A stretch of 64,000 bases of DNA from contig KV454012.1 in NCBI GenBank assembly GCA_001661245.1, positions 1,198,848 through 1,262,847 on the forward strand, given 5' to 3'. Made by a program: the position numbers and the translations under genes. This DNA comes from Pachysolen tannophilus NRRL Y-2460. Taxonomy: Eukaryota. How positions within the stretch are numbered: the stretch's first letter is position 1; each line of letters begins with the position of its first letter. Under the pieces are notes generated by a model. The model made no database searches. It had not been told where the DNA came from and was given only the letters and a program-made list of their open reading frames with translations. Positions 1 through 11,560 of the stretch are shown here, piece by piece.

Positions 1-924
1 ATAGCTTCAATTTCTGACAGAAGTTTTTTCAAATAAGAAATGATCAAATTTTCATCAAAATAAATTAAAGAGAGTAAATCTGCATATTGATAATAATTTG
101 CATTTATATTGATATTTGTTATTGGTGTTGATTGTTTTTCTATTAATTGAGATTTTAAGAAAAAAAGAAAATTTCCTGGATTTGATGCAGCCAAATATCT
201 TAAAATTGATTCACAATTTAGATCTATGCTATCTATTAATGATTGATGAATATGATTTGGTTCAAAATTTTCATTTCCTTTCATTTCATTTATTTTTTCT
301 AAAACTGCTCTACCAGATTTCAAATTTGCTATTATCAGTAATGCTTTATTCATTGTATCATCATCCAATTTCTTTGGACGTACAGTATGATAATATACTC
401 TTGAAGCTGATGAACCTATTCCAGCAACAGAACTCAATTCATTTGAATTATAATCTTTCTTAATATATTTTACAGAAGTTTCTTCCATAGTATTCCAATT
501 AACTTCCAATAAATCAGAAAGTAATCTTAACATTACTAAAATTGATCTTAATGAAAGCTTCTTACGGTCCACTAATGGAACATATTTATCGTACTAAATA
601 AATTATTAATAATTAAAAAATTGTTAGTATAATGGAATTGTTTTGAAATTAATAATTGATAAATTATGAATTTTTATTAACCATTATTTTACTTACAGCA
701 TTGATCTCTTCTAAAATTGAACATGTACATCTTATCATATCAGAAAATTTATCTGTTTCTGCAATTTTTAGTAAAGTATTTCTACTTCTTACAAAAAAAA
801 CATCTATCTCCAATTCCGACACTGTTAACCCTGATTTCAAAGGAAGCTGAGGACCTATCCTTGAATATATGGATTCCACAAGAGAACCAGCAGGAATATT
901 CGACTTATCCCATATCAACCCCAT
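1..924 (-). CDS. IRA2: Ras GTPase-activating protein Ira1/Ira2 (neurofibromin family), 5' part. Exon 1 697-924, intron 594-696, exon 2 runs off the window start.
   Basis: Exon 1 LVESIYSRIGPQLPLKSG resembles Ira2 LVNHILFERILPILPVES. Minus-strand intron has a GTAAGT donor at 696, TACTAAC branch and TAG acceptor at 594 (phase 0). Exon 2 reads YDKYVPLVDRKKLSLRSILVMLRLLSDLLEVNW...SILRYLAASNP, matching Ira2 SILIILRLLSDALEYNW...ILRFVAASNP. Confidence 0.85.
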
Positions 925-1908
925 TATAAAGTATATACATACATATATATATATATATGTATATATATATGAAGTGATTAATTGCTCTTGTATATGATTT
1001 TATATATCGAATTGCTATGCTACTTCAATAATAACAAAACAATATTCCCAAAAAAAAAATAAAAATTTAATTCTTTATCTATGATTATCAATTAAAAAAT
1101 GGGTAATTATTTGATTTAATGATTTAATTTATTTCTGTTTAATGTTTAAAAAAAAAAATAAATATTAAACTTGAAACCCCATCCAATTGATCATCAAGAT
1201 AAACTTCTTTGATACCTCGATAACAATAACAATAACAATAACAATGTCTATTTATATTCTTATTCTTATTGTTATTATTAATATTAATATTACTCCAATT
1301 ACTTTTTATAAATATTTAAGTTAACCGCTGTTACAAATTGTATATAATTTGCCTTATACTAGTTAAAGAAGGTATCTATCTGTTTTAACGGTTTCGTTAA
1401 ACTTAGTCGCAAAGAGAACAAAAAAAAATCAAAAAAAAAAAAAAAACCAAAAAAAAAGAAATTAAAAACAGCTTTTTGATTATCTGCGCACTACTGTGTT
1501 TACATATATATATACATATATACCACATCACAGCGCGATTAAGGTACAGTGCTTACCGCTCATACATTAGGCGCATCGCAAGATGAATTTATAATTATTT
1601 TAAATGTGGACCGCAGTTAAAGTACACAGATGCGTACCACAGATGTAGTAAAGAAGAGCGCAAAAAAAGGTTTTTTATTATTATTTTCTTCAATAGTAGT
1701 AGTAGTAGTAGTAGTTATAATGATTACTATTAAGACAGGAATATCAAAACACAAGTATATTTCTGATTGTAATTTATTTTAAAAATTATGGAGCAAGCCA
1801 TTAAGGAATGTATATTATTAGCTACTTTTTCAAATTTATTTTTTTTTTTTTTTTTTGTTGAGCCAGAAGCAATTTACTAACTTATTATTATTTTTATTAT
1901 TTATTTAG

Positions 1909-2288
1909 CCGTTGTTGTAAGAGGTCGTTATGCCGGTAAAAAGGTAGTTATCGTCAAACCACATGACGAAGGTACCAAATCCCATCCTTTCCCACATGCC
2001 ATTGTTGCTGGTATCGAAAGAGAACCATTAAAAGTTACCAAAGGTATGGGTGCTAAGAAAGTTGCCAAGAGAACTAAAGTTAAACCATTTGTTAAATTAA
2101 TAAACTACAACCATTTAATGCCAACAAGATATACTTTTGACGTTGAACCAATCAAGTCCGCTGTCACCGGTGATGCTTTGGAAGATCCATCCCAAAGAGA
2201 AGCTGCCAAGAAGGAAGTCAAGAAAGAATTTGAATCAAGAGTGGCTAGTGGTAAGAACAAGTGGTTCTTTAGTAAATTAAACTTTTAA
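1909..2288 (+). CDS. RPL27: 60S ribosomal protein L27 (eL27), exon 2 only on this strand
   Basis: TACTAAC at 1875-1881 and TAG acceptor at 1906-1908, then (A)[21 protein letters not shown]...[10 protein letters not shown]...[12 protein letters not shown]. Codon usage is strongly biased as expected for a ribosomal protein gene. Confidence 0.97.
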
Positions 2289-2819
2289 AAGCAAAAATGA
2301 AAAAATGAAATAAAGAAAAGAAAAAAAAAAAAAAAAAAAATTAACAATAACAATTAACATAGGTTGTTTTTTCTTTTTTTTTCTTTTTTTTTTTTTTTTA
2401 TTATTCTTTCTTAACTTGAAAAAAAGGAAATATGAGTTTTTGTGAGTTTTTGTGATTTTGTTTTTAATCCATGTATAAAAATTTCTTTAAAATGGGTAAA
2501 TAGAGTTTTAATTTATATGATTCAATCACTTGGTGGAAAAATTGAAAATGCAGTATATTCATTCACCAAAAAAGATAATCAACTACTGATTAACTTCTTC
2601 CCATACTGAACCAGTCTAAAAATTTATCAAAATTTTCTCACAATACAACTGGTAACAATTCTTTTCATTCATTTATTCCATCCATCCATCCATCCATCTA
2701 TCTATCCATTAACTAACTAACACATTCATTCACTCACTTATTCACTCATTAACTCATTAACTCACTTGAACAATTCCCTCTTCTATTCACATATTGATAA
2801 AATTATTGAAATTACATAC

Positions 2820-2850
2820 CAACTTTACCTGATTTAATAAACTTAGCCAT
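2820..2850 (-). CDS. RPL27: RPL27 exon 1 (MAKFIKSGKV plus G), on the opposite strand to exon 2
   Basis: The reverse complement reads ATG GCT AAG TTT ATT AAA TCA GGT AAA GTT G|GTATGT. 31 nt plus 380 nt gives 411 nt, a 136-aa protein, the normal eL27 length with the yeast intron position. Confidence 0.95.
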
Positions 2851-3621
2851 TTCTAATGATATATTATTTTAATATTAAGTGTTATGGTAAAGAAACTTTT
2901 AATATTTTAATAAAAATTTAAATAAAGCAAAATTTTAGAAATCCCAGTACAAAAAGAGTGAAAAATTGGAAAAAAAGAGGTGAAAATTTTTGTTAGTTGA
3001 AAAAAAAAAAAAAAAGAAAAAACAAATCATAGACTGCACACGTACTTTTTTTTTCTTTTTTTTTCCTAATTAAGTACCGAAGTAGTGTGAGAAAACTGTG
3101 GATCCATTATAGACGATCGTTCTTAGTTTTACTCCAAGTGATCTACTATTAATAAAAGGGTAATTCTGAGAATACTTTTTTTTGTGACTGCTAATTTCTT
3201 TGAAACCGATTTACGATTAACGTTTAAGTAAATGCTACACGACTCGCAGCTCACGGCTTATTATTTAGGGAGGGTTCACCGGTCAAGGCTTAAGAGAAGG
3301 AGGAGGAGGGGGTAGTAGTGGGTAGTAAGTACTACATAGGATTTACTTACTAGCGATAAGAACACTACTACATGTTATATTATCAAATAATAAATTGCAA
3401 TTAAGAAAAAAAAGGTAGAAAAGGTGAAGAAATAAAATGCAAATCTCATGGAAATATATAATATAAAATAAGCTGAAATAAAGGGTAAGCCAGCTTTACC
3501 TCTTTTGTGTTTTGTCATTTGTTACTTGTTACTTGTTATTTGTCATTTGTCATTTGTCATTTTTTATTTTTCAATTTTCATTTTTCAATTTTCATTTCTA
3601 CCGTCTTGTATTTGAATTTAT

Positions 3622-6600
3622 CTATTTCTTTCTCTGGCTTCTAGCTAAGAATTTCGAATTTAAACTTGTGATCAACTTCTTTGGACTTCCTGCACTATTT
3701 GGGTTGCTGTTATTGCCGCTATCACTGTTGTGACTATGATGATGGCGCTGATGTAACATATGGCGTTCGGAATTTACTTGTGCAGATGGAGATACCTTTC
3801 TATTTGATGAGACAAATGATGAAGATCTGTAATTATTACCGGAAGAAGGATTTATCTCTGGATTACGCATGGCTGTATTGATTGCTCCAGCTATTAAAGC
3901 ATTATCACTTATAGATCTGTTATGGCCTGGCTTCAAGCCATCTCCATTTTCTGTTGGTGGTGGTGGTTTGCGGCGTGGTCTCCTAGAGTCATGACCTCCT
4001 CCTTCGCCAGTTGATTTTTGGCGTTGTTCTTCCATCGATGACCTATGACTTTTATTACTAGACGCAGATTGTAATAACTGATTTATGGCCTTTAAATCAT
4101 AATCTTTAATTGCATCAATTGCAATTTTTGGTGAGGTTGGTGAATCGGTTGTAAAATCGGTAGTATCGCTTGTTGCAGATCCATTATTAGCAAATACAGG
4201 TGATGATGATGAAACCTTAGCTGCAATTATTGCTGCTGTGGCGTTTGATACAGAACCAACTTCAGATTCAATTGACTCTCTTAACCTTCTATCTTCTTCA
4301 TTAGATTTCGACTTAGCTAAACTTGTGGTCCATTTAATCACCTCTTGTTTTTCAACCTCACACGATATCGTGACTTTAAGTGATTCAATAGCAAATAACC
4401 CCGTGGTTATTGAATTTTTCACTCTTCTATCTCCTATAACTTCTTTAAACTTGATTGCAGGATTTGTTAAATCAATTTCAGTTTTCAATTCAGTCTTATT
4501 TTTAGATGTTTTATTTTTTTCAAATTTTAATATTAAGGCCCTTCCAAATGTTGTCACTAATAAAGTACGCTCTATGGACAGCTCATGATCTGTTGAAGAT
4601 GTATTGTGCGAACCAGCACCTCCTGTTAGTCCACTGAAAACTTTCCTAAATTTACCGCCTGTGGTGACGTTCGATTCATTTGATTTACTCTCTTTACTCT
4701 TTTCTGATTCAACTTCTTCATCTGCAGCACTATAAACTATAGCTTCATCAGAATCGTCTTCAGAAATTGTTGAAATATTTTGGTTCTGCTGATTTCCAGC
4801 ATTACTACCAATACCAGGACTACTTGAATGCCTTAAACCTGGTTGTTTACCATGTGCAACTTGTGTTAAAAAACTTGTTGCCGATGCGTTTGATGATCTT
4901 CTACCGTTATTATAACCCAAAGGAGAATCGGCTAACATTCCTTTATATTTTTTCTCAAATTGAGCTGTTGATATTTGTGTCACCATTACAGGTCCAACTT
5001 TTAAAACTCTTTCATCGGGGTGCTTAAGATATTCTGACCAAGCTAAATCTACAGGGCCCATTTGTGGCACTTCTGTCGCTTGAGGAATATATCTCGTGTT
5101 TTTGGATGAAGACGATTCTCTCATAGAGCTTGAACTTTTCGATCTAAAGCCAACGTTATTGCCACTACTGTTATTATTATTGGAAGCAGTACCAGTTGTG
5201 ATTCCAGCTGAAATTCTTGATTTAATAACAGGTCTTAGAATATTAGTGCCCGGAATATATAAATCTTGAGAAGAATCACTGCCACTAGCATAAACAGTAC
5301 GTCCAGATGTCAGCTGATTTGACTCTCCTGTACTAGTATTACTACTGTTATTATTACTATTAATCATAATTTCCGCTGGTTTTTTCATCAAGGCAGCAGC
5401 AGCAGCACTGCTTGCCGATTTACCTGGTAAAACATAAGATTGTTGAGATTTTTTTGGTGGCGTCGACGGTGGTCCGGATTGATTGGATTGATTTGGTGTT
5501 GTTGGAGCTGATACAGAAGATGATGACAGTTGTAGCTTCAGGGATAAGGGAAGACCCAACTGAGGAGTCGATGGTTGGTTAGATGAAACTAAACTATTGC
5601 TTGATGCCGAATGCTTGCGAGTACTTAGTCTTGTATAATTATTAGTATTGTTGTTGTTGTTGTTATTAATGTTCAATTCTGGTACCGGCATCATGGATTT
5701 TGCTGTCACTTTATAAGGACTTAACTCTGGAAGTGGAGCTTCAAAAATAGAATCTGAATCTGACCAATTTATACCCTGATAAAAATAATGATTTTGTATT
5801 GTTTTTATAGTAGCTCTATCTTTTGGATTTAAAACCAAGATTTTTTTAACCAAGTCTCTAAGTACCAGTGGGAAACCTGCGGTGAAAGCATATTGCAATT
5901 TACAAACTTTTTGAAATGTTAAATATTCATTTGTGGCTTTAAAAGGAGGTTTACCAGCAATCATTTGATATATGATACATCCATATGCCCAAATATCACA
6001 TGCTTTACCTGCATATTTATCATTTAGCAATTCTGGTGAGACATATTCTGCCGTACCTACAAACGACTTTGCTCTTGCGTCAGACGGATATCTACCATTT
6101 TCATCTTTTTCCAATAATTTAGCCGTTCCAAAATCTGTAATTTGTGCTCTCATTTGAGAATCTATCAATATATTTTCTGGTTTCAAATCTCTATGAATAA
6201 CACCATTATCATGCATATATTTAACACCATCTAAAACCTGAGCACCATAGTATCTAACACATTCTTCATTCATACTTCCAAATTTTTTAATCAAAGTCAA
6301 CAATTCACCATTTGGAGCATAATCTAATACAAAATAAAGACTTGATTCATCTTGAAATGTAAAATATAAATGAATTATTCCATTTCTTTTCCCCAATCTA
6401 TTCAATGTATTCTTTTCAATATTAACATATTTTACTTTTTTCTCTTTAATTATATGTCTCTTATCTAAAACTTTAATGGCATAATTTTTATCTGTAGTCT
6501 TATCAGTTGCTAAAATCACTGTAGAATACGAACCTTCACCTAAACTTTTACCAAATTTAAAATCTTTTGCGGATTTTTTAATAATTTTTGTTATCAAGTT

Positions 6601-7137
6601 TCCATTTTCATCTTTTTCAGTCTTGATAATCTTTGCAGCGCCCCTCTCTTCCCAATTTTTAGATGAAGCTGCTAAATTTTTAGTAAGATTATGAATATTG
6701 TCATCAGAAGTTATAAGTTCAGTTGTAACACTGTCAGGAATAAATAATGAAGCTTCAGACATTGCTTTCATCTCACCATTTTTGAGGTAATGTGGTGGAA
6801 GCGGGGTTGACGGTGCCGTCTGTGCCACATGATCACTCAAAGGTGAAGATGAAATGGTTTCCAAGCGAGCCGATAGGTGTCTTATTGGAACCTGGACATT
6901 ACTATTAAAATCCAAAGATCCTACCGCTGTAACATCGTTCTCATCATCTTCACCGAAACTAGATGAATTCTTCTTATAAGCATCTACTATATCCATTGCC
7001 GATGAGGGACCTATACTGTTCTGACGGCGATCATTTTGATTACGGTTATGGTTACGGTTATGGCTATGGTGATGGTGATGATTATGGGGATGGCCATGAC
7101 CGCTGTTATCACTATTATCTAATATAGGACCAGACAT
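3622..7137 (-). CDS. PKH2: PDK1-family Ser/Thr kinase Pkh1/Pkh2
   Basis: DFKFGKSLGEGSYSTV, VKYVNIEKNTLNRL, HRDLKPEN, DFGTAK, SFVGTAEYVSPELL, KATNEYLTFQKV, plus a C-terminal PH-like region. Confidence 0.93.
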   Translation of the reverse strand: MSGPILDNSDNSGHGHPHNHHHHHSHNRNHNRNQNDRRQNSIGPSSAMDIVDAYKKNSSSFGEDDENDVTAVGSLDFNSNVQVPIRHLSARLETISSSPLSDHVAQTAPSTPLPPHYLKNGEMKAMSEASLFIPDSVTTELITSDDNIHNLTKNLAASSKNWEERGAAKIIKTEKDENGNLITKIIKKSAKDFKFGKSLGEGSYSTVILATDKTTDKNYAIKVLDKRHIIKEKKVKYVNIEKNTLNRLGKRNGIIHLYFTFQDESSLYFVLDYAPNGELLTLIKKFGSMNEECVRYYGAQVLDGVKYMHDNGVIHRDLKPENILIDSQMRAQITDFGTAKLLEKDENGRYPSDARAKSFVGTAEYVSPELLNDKYAGKACDIWAYGCIIYQMIAGKPPFKATNEYLTFQKVCKLQYAFTAGFPLVLRDLVKKILVLNPKDRATIKTIQNHYFYQGINWSDSDSIFEAPLPELSPYKVTAKSMMPVPELNINNNNNNNTNNYTRLSTRKHSASSNSLVSSNQPSTPQLGLPLSLKLQLSSSSVSAPTTPNQSNQSGPPSTPPKKSQQSYVLPGKSASSAAAAALMKKPAEIMINSNNNSSNTSTGESNQLTSGRTVYASGSDSSQDLYIPGTNILRPVIKSRISAGITTGTASNNNNSSGNNVGFRSKSSSSMRESSSSKNTRYIPQATEVPQMGPVDLAWSEYLKHPDERVLKVGPVMVTQISTAQFEKKYKGMLADSPLGYNNGRRSSNASATSFLTQVAHGKQPGLRHSSSPGIGSNAGNQQNQNISTISEDDSDEAIVYSAADEEVESEKSKESKSNESNVTTGGKFRKVFSGLTGGAGSHNTSSTDHELSIERTLLVTTFGRALILKFEKNKTSKNKTELKTEIDLTNPAIKFKEVIGDRRVKNSITTGLFAIESLKVTISCEVEKQEVIKWTTSLAKSKSNEEDRRLRESIESEVGSVSNATAAIIAAKVSSSSPVFANNGSATSDTTDFTTDSPTSPKIAIDAIKDYDLKAINQLLQSASSNKSHRSSMEEQRQKSTGEGGGHDSRRPRRKPPPPTENGDGLKPGHNRSISDNALIAGAINTAMRNPEINPSSGNNYRSSSFVSSNRKVSPSAQVNSERHMLHQRHHHSHNSDSGNNSNPNSAGSPKKLITSLNSKFLARSQRKK

Positions 7138-7765
7138 TTATCATAGATATTTCTTTCTAATATCAACAACAACCTTAAAAATATCAATAATCCCAACACT
7201 AATGATGATTATAACTCAATTGATGTCTTAAACATTAATTTATTTGCTTTTTCTATTTCTTGTCTTTTTTTTTTTTCTTTAGAAAAACTGTTATTCTTAC
7301 CAATGCAATAAACTTTTGTTGTATTTTTATAAATACACTTGCTTGATTTATATTTTCTACCCCAAACAAATTAAAAAAAAAAAAAATAAAATAAAATAAA
7401 ATAAATGATTTGCAAATAAGTTGAATAAACTCTAAAAACACTTGAATCAAATCACTATTCAAATATTTAAGCTCTATTCAAACTTATTTATGCTTTATTG
7501 TATTAATAACCTTACCGCCTTTTATATATTATAATTACAATTACAATTATAATATACAAAATAAATTTATTTAATTTAATTTTTCTTGTTTTGTCCTTCC
7601 TTCTCTTATTTGGATGTATCTCAACCGCGATAAAAAAAAAGGTTGAAAGAGGCAACGGGGAAAACAGGAATAATGAGGGCGGGCTTGGGCCAGATCATGA
7701 GCCGGAGAATGAGCCGGAGAATTAGTGAGAGTTTAGGCCTCGACGGAAAGAACAAAAACAGAAAC

Positions 7766-7796
<31 letters not shown>

Positions 7797-8228
7797 NNNN
7801 NNNNNNNNNNNNNNNNNNNNNNNNNNNNNNNNNNNNNNNNNNNNNNNNNNNNNNNNNNNNNNNNNNNNNNNNNNNNNNNNNNNNNNNNNNNNNNNNNNNN
7901 NNNNNNNNNNNNNNNNNNNNNNNNNNNNNNNNNNNNNNNNNNNNNNNNNNNNNNNNNNNNNNNNNNNNNNNNNNNNNNNNNNNNNNNNNNNNNNNNNNNN
8001 NNNNNNNNNNNNNNNNNNNNNNNNNNNNNNNNNNNNNNNNNNNNNNNNNNNNNNNNNNNNNNNNNNNNNNNNNNNNNNNNNNNNNNNNNNNNNNNNNNNN
8101 NNNNNNNNNNNNNNNNNNNNNNNNNNNNNNNNNNNNNNNNNNNNNNNNNNNNNNNNNNNNNNNNNNNNNNNNNNNNNNNNNNNNNNNNNNNNNNNNNNNN
8201 NNNNNNNNNNNNNNNNNNNNNNNNNNNN
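7797..8228. other. Assembly gap (N run) flanked by long poly(A) tracts
   Basis: Seen directly in the sequence. Confidence 1.
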
Positions 8229-8288
<60 letters not shown>

Positions 8289-8604
8289 ACTTTTAGGCCA
8301 GTATTCCGCCAGCTTGGGAGGGCTCAAGGGCGGTGATCTCTCTCTCTCTTTTTTTTTCTTCTCCGGCCGTTTTGTAGGCGGATAAGTGGTCGAGGATTAG
8401 GTGAATGCAATATTATGCATGAGAAGGTACGGTTTTTGTGTCACTGAACCAAGAGATGAGTTAGTTAATGAATGCTGTTGTGATTGAGACAACAGCTTGG
8501 CTTGGTGGGATTTTTTTTCCAAGGTTGACTTGATAAAAAGGCCGTTTGATAAAATTTAAGTTTCTTTTTCTTTTTTTTTTTTGGAGTTCAGTGTATTATG
8601 TATT

Positions 8605-11226
8605 ATGTTCCCAGCTTCGAAATATTCAATTGTAAAAGAGCCATCACAGATAACACTTGATGAATTTGAATTGAAAACAGATTCGATTTATAATGTTGAA
8701 GTTTCTTCCCCAGATTTGAAGCAAATTCTTAGTTACGGGGGGTCCGCCAGAACTAGTTTTGGATTTCCAAATAGTTGTTTGGACACGGCCCTTCTTAGTG
8801 GGACCAACCCTTTGAATGCTTCTACATCGATAAGAGATCGGAAATCAAGTGCTACAGGGGTTTTTGATTCTTCAATTCGTATATCTGATTTGTCGGACTT
8901 GTACTCTATAACGCAGATGCTCAATAATGACAATGTTAATGATAATGACAATGGTCCCGATAATAATAATAATACTAGTAGTAGTAGTGGTGGTGGTGGT
9001 GATAGCAGCAGCCGCAGCAGTCACGATACAAGTTGTAATGATATTATTAGTTTCCCACCTTCAAATAGTGCGAATGTTCAAGATTCTAAAAAAAATGGCT
9101 CCAACAGTGTAGCAGAGCCAAGAAGAAAAAATAATAATTCCATATATAGTTCAGAAAATGATGAAGATATAGATGCAGATGCACCTGTAGTAGCAGTTGC
9201 AGTTGAAGGTCCAAGAAAAAACAAAGAAGCAGAAGCAGAAGCTGAAGCAGAAGAAGAAGAAGAAGTGTCAAAGATATACAGTGACGATGAAATATTTTTA
9301 CAAACCAAAATTGAGACTGAAGATGATAACCCAATGGAAGGAAGTAGTAAAATAGCTCAAAAATTGAGAACTGCATATGCATTAGATAAAATTGGTTATG
9401 ACCGAGAAGTTGATATTTATGATATTTCTTACCCACAATATCGAGAATCTAAAATTGAAGAAACATTTGAATTTCCTACAAATACAGAGCGCTCAATTTT
9501 TAAAAACTCTGCAAGAAGAGTTTATAATAGAGTAAGAAAACTTCATGATTTAATTAGGGGCACACAAAGGAAAAATATTACAACAGACAATTCAAGATTA
9601 ACAACATCCTTAAGGTTGAAAAATAAGAAGAATCATATGAAGACAAATCAAAATGAAGAAGAAATAAGCGAACAATTGGAAACAATTTCAAATTCTAATT
9701 TTGAATTGGCAAGAAGTGTAAGCAAGAGTGGTTCTTCAATTGCTTCAGTTTTGTATCCAGAAGGTTTTATAATTCCGGTTAGAAAAGATCCACCTAGATA
9801 TAGTGATGTAATTGATGTTATAAGAGAAAAAATACCTAAAACTTCAGGAATAACTTCATTAAGAAGATCTGCAACTTTTAGAGGAATCTCTGGTTCAAGA
9901 TCTATAATGGGATTAGCTGGTGCTAGAGCCCCAATACAACATTCGACTTTACCAAGCTATATTAGTCCAACATCTCCTGATTTAATGAGTCCAAATGAAT
10001 TTTCCGAGGAAAGTTTTAACAGTCTTGGATCAAGTGGATTAGATATGATTCGTAATTCTTTGGATATTCCGCATACTAGGAATTCTATTATTGATGAGTT
10101 TCCTCAATTAGAAATAAATGAAGATCATATAGAAGAAAAATCTTCTTCATTAAATGATGAGATTAGTGGAAATAACTCTTCTCCTTCAAATCCATCAAAT
10201 TCAATAATTTCAAAAAAAAATTTATTGATTAACAGTTGTAATTCTACACCTCTTTCAAAACTTCTTCACAACTCTGCAGTTTACCCACCAACAGTTGAAG
10301 ATTCACAACAACCTTCACCGCAGAGAAATGAAGCACAATCTATAAGAAGATCTAAAAGTACCTATAATGATAATGCTTCAACTGATGTTGGAATAGAAAG
10401 AGATGAAGATTTATTGAGGAGACCTGCTGCTTCACAGCATATATTGAATTCTACAAATCTGGAAATACTATCTTCTTCACTTAGTTCTGGAACTCCTACA
10501 CATGCAAATTATAATTATATTCCATTACAAGAAATTAGTGGTGATGAGAGGCCCTTTTCACCATATGGCTCACCAATCTCATCTACTGTACTTAATCTTA
10601 ATGTTGAACAACAACAACTGTTTGGGTTTAACCAATCTACAATTTCCCCAGAATTACTGGTAAATTTTGGGAACAATTCAAATAATATATCCCGTGAAAA
10701 TGTTTTAAGTATACCAATTGAGAAAAAAATTAGTCAACAAGATCCAGACTCACCATTTACCAAGAATATGGACAAACGTAAAGAAGATATACTTGCAATG
10801 TTAGGAATTAATAGATCAACCAAAAATTCACCGCAAATTCCAGGTAGCCTTCCAGAATCAAGTTCTAACTCTTCTCAAATTAGAAAATATGCGATAAAAG
10901 AATCTTCAAACAATCTAATAGATCGAATGTTGAATACTTCTTTAACTATTTCCCCTAAGACTTCAAACAATTCTACAAGTAACACCAGTAATCTTGCAAC
11001 GAGAGTTGTATTACCATTAACCGCTGCAAATAATTACCAAACTGACTTGAGTCGTAACAATTCTTGGCTAGGAACTAAAAATGAAGAGAGAGAAGAGTCA
11101 CCTGTAAGAGCCTATTATATAGCAAGTGGGTCAAGTAGTATAGGAACTGCTAGCATTAATGACAATAATGCACTAGTTAGAGTTCGAAGTTTACAAGCCG
11201 ATGTAATCCAAGAAGAAGAGGACTAA
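8605..11226 (+). CDS. Hypothetical Ser/Asn-rich, probably disordered protein (about 873 aa)
   Basis: Long uninterrupted ORF in AT-rich DNA. First ATG is at 8605 (the track starts at TTG 8581). No domain recognised. Confidence 0.75.
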   Translation: MFPASKYSIVKEPSQITLDEFELKTDSIYNVEVSSPDLKQILSYGGSARTSFGFPNSCLDTALLSGTNPLNASTSIRDRKSSATGVFDSSIRISDLSDLYSITQMLNNDNVNDNDNGPDNNNNTSSSSGGGGDSSSRSSHDTSCNDIISFPPSNSANVQDSKKNGSNSVAEPRRKNNNSIYSSENDEDIDADAPVVAVAVEGPRKNKEAEAEAEAEEEEEVSKIYSDDEIFLQTKIETEDDNPMEGSSKIAQKLRTAYALDKIGYDREVDIYDISYPQYRESKIEETFEFPTNTERSIFKNSARRVYNRVRKLHDLIRGTQRKNITTDNSRLTTSLRLKNKKNHMKTNQNEEEISEQLETISNSNFELARSVSKSGSSIASVLYPEGFIIPVRKDPPRYSDVIDVIREKIPKTSGITSLRRSATFRGISGSRSIMGLAGARAPIQHSTLPSYISPTSPDLMSPNEFSEESFNSLGSSGLDMIRNSLDIPHTRNSIIDEFPQLEINEDHIEEKSSSLNDEISGNNSSPSNPSNSIISKKNLLINSCNSTPLSKLLHNSAVYPPTVEDSQQPSPQRNEAQSIRRSKSTYNDNASTDVGIERDEDLLRRPAASQHILNSTNLEILSSSLSSGTPTHANYNYIPLQEISGDERPFSPYGSPISSTVLNLNVEQQQLFGFNQSTISPELLVNFGNNSNNISRENVLSIPIEKKISQQDPDSPFTKNMDKRKEDILAMLGINRSTKNSPQIPGSLPESSSNSSQIRKYAIKESSNNLIDRMLNTSLTISPKTSNNSTSNTSNLATRVVLPLTAANNYQTDLSRNNSWLGTKNEEREESPVRAYYIASGSSSIGTASINDNNALVRVRSLQADVIQEEED

Positions 11227-11560
11227 ACTAATAAAAAATAGCCAGCTGATCAGATAATCAGCTGATCAACTGAACAACTAAACTAAACTAATCAATTCAT
11301 CAAGTTTATTAAAGTCTTCTTTTCTTCTTGGATTATAGCATTTTGGGTCCAAATCGTTTTTGGTGAGAAACAACAAAACAAAAAAGGTAGTACGTGAAAA
11401 ATCAAATTTAGAGAGTAAGATGAATATTCAAAAATTGTTCATTGAGTCACCAAAGAGAGAAACTTTATGATAATATATGAATTGATTGATAATTGTAATT
11501 AAAGGTGTATAGGAAAATTTTATTTATTATTTAGAGAAGTTGATATTTAAGGGTTGAAAA

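Noticed and set aside
2660..2770. (CCAT)n, (CATT)n and (ACTA)n runs
   Set aside because: Ordinary microsatellites within the RPL27 intron half. (AT)n, (AAT)n and poly(A) tracts are common throughout the window.
594..2820. RPL27 exon 1 cis-splicing to the IRA2 acceptor at 594 (same strand)
   Set aside because: The phases do not match (1 versus 0), and IRA2 has its own exon 1 and donor.
3511..3598. 7-bp tandem repeats (TTTGTCA/TTGTTAC, TTTTCAA) and the 73-aa ORF over them
   Set aside because: A simple slippage repeat in the PKH 3' region. The ORF is just its translation.
7643..8327. Poly-K and poly-F ORFs of 217 aa and 201 aa
   Set aside because: Artefacts of translating the N gap and the flanking poly(A) tracts.
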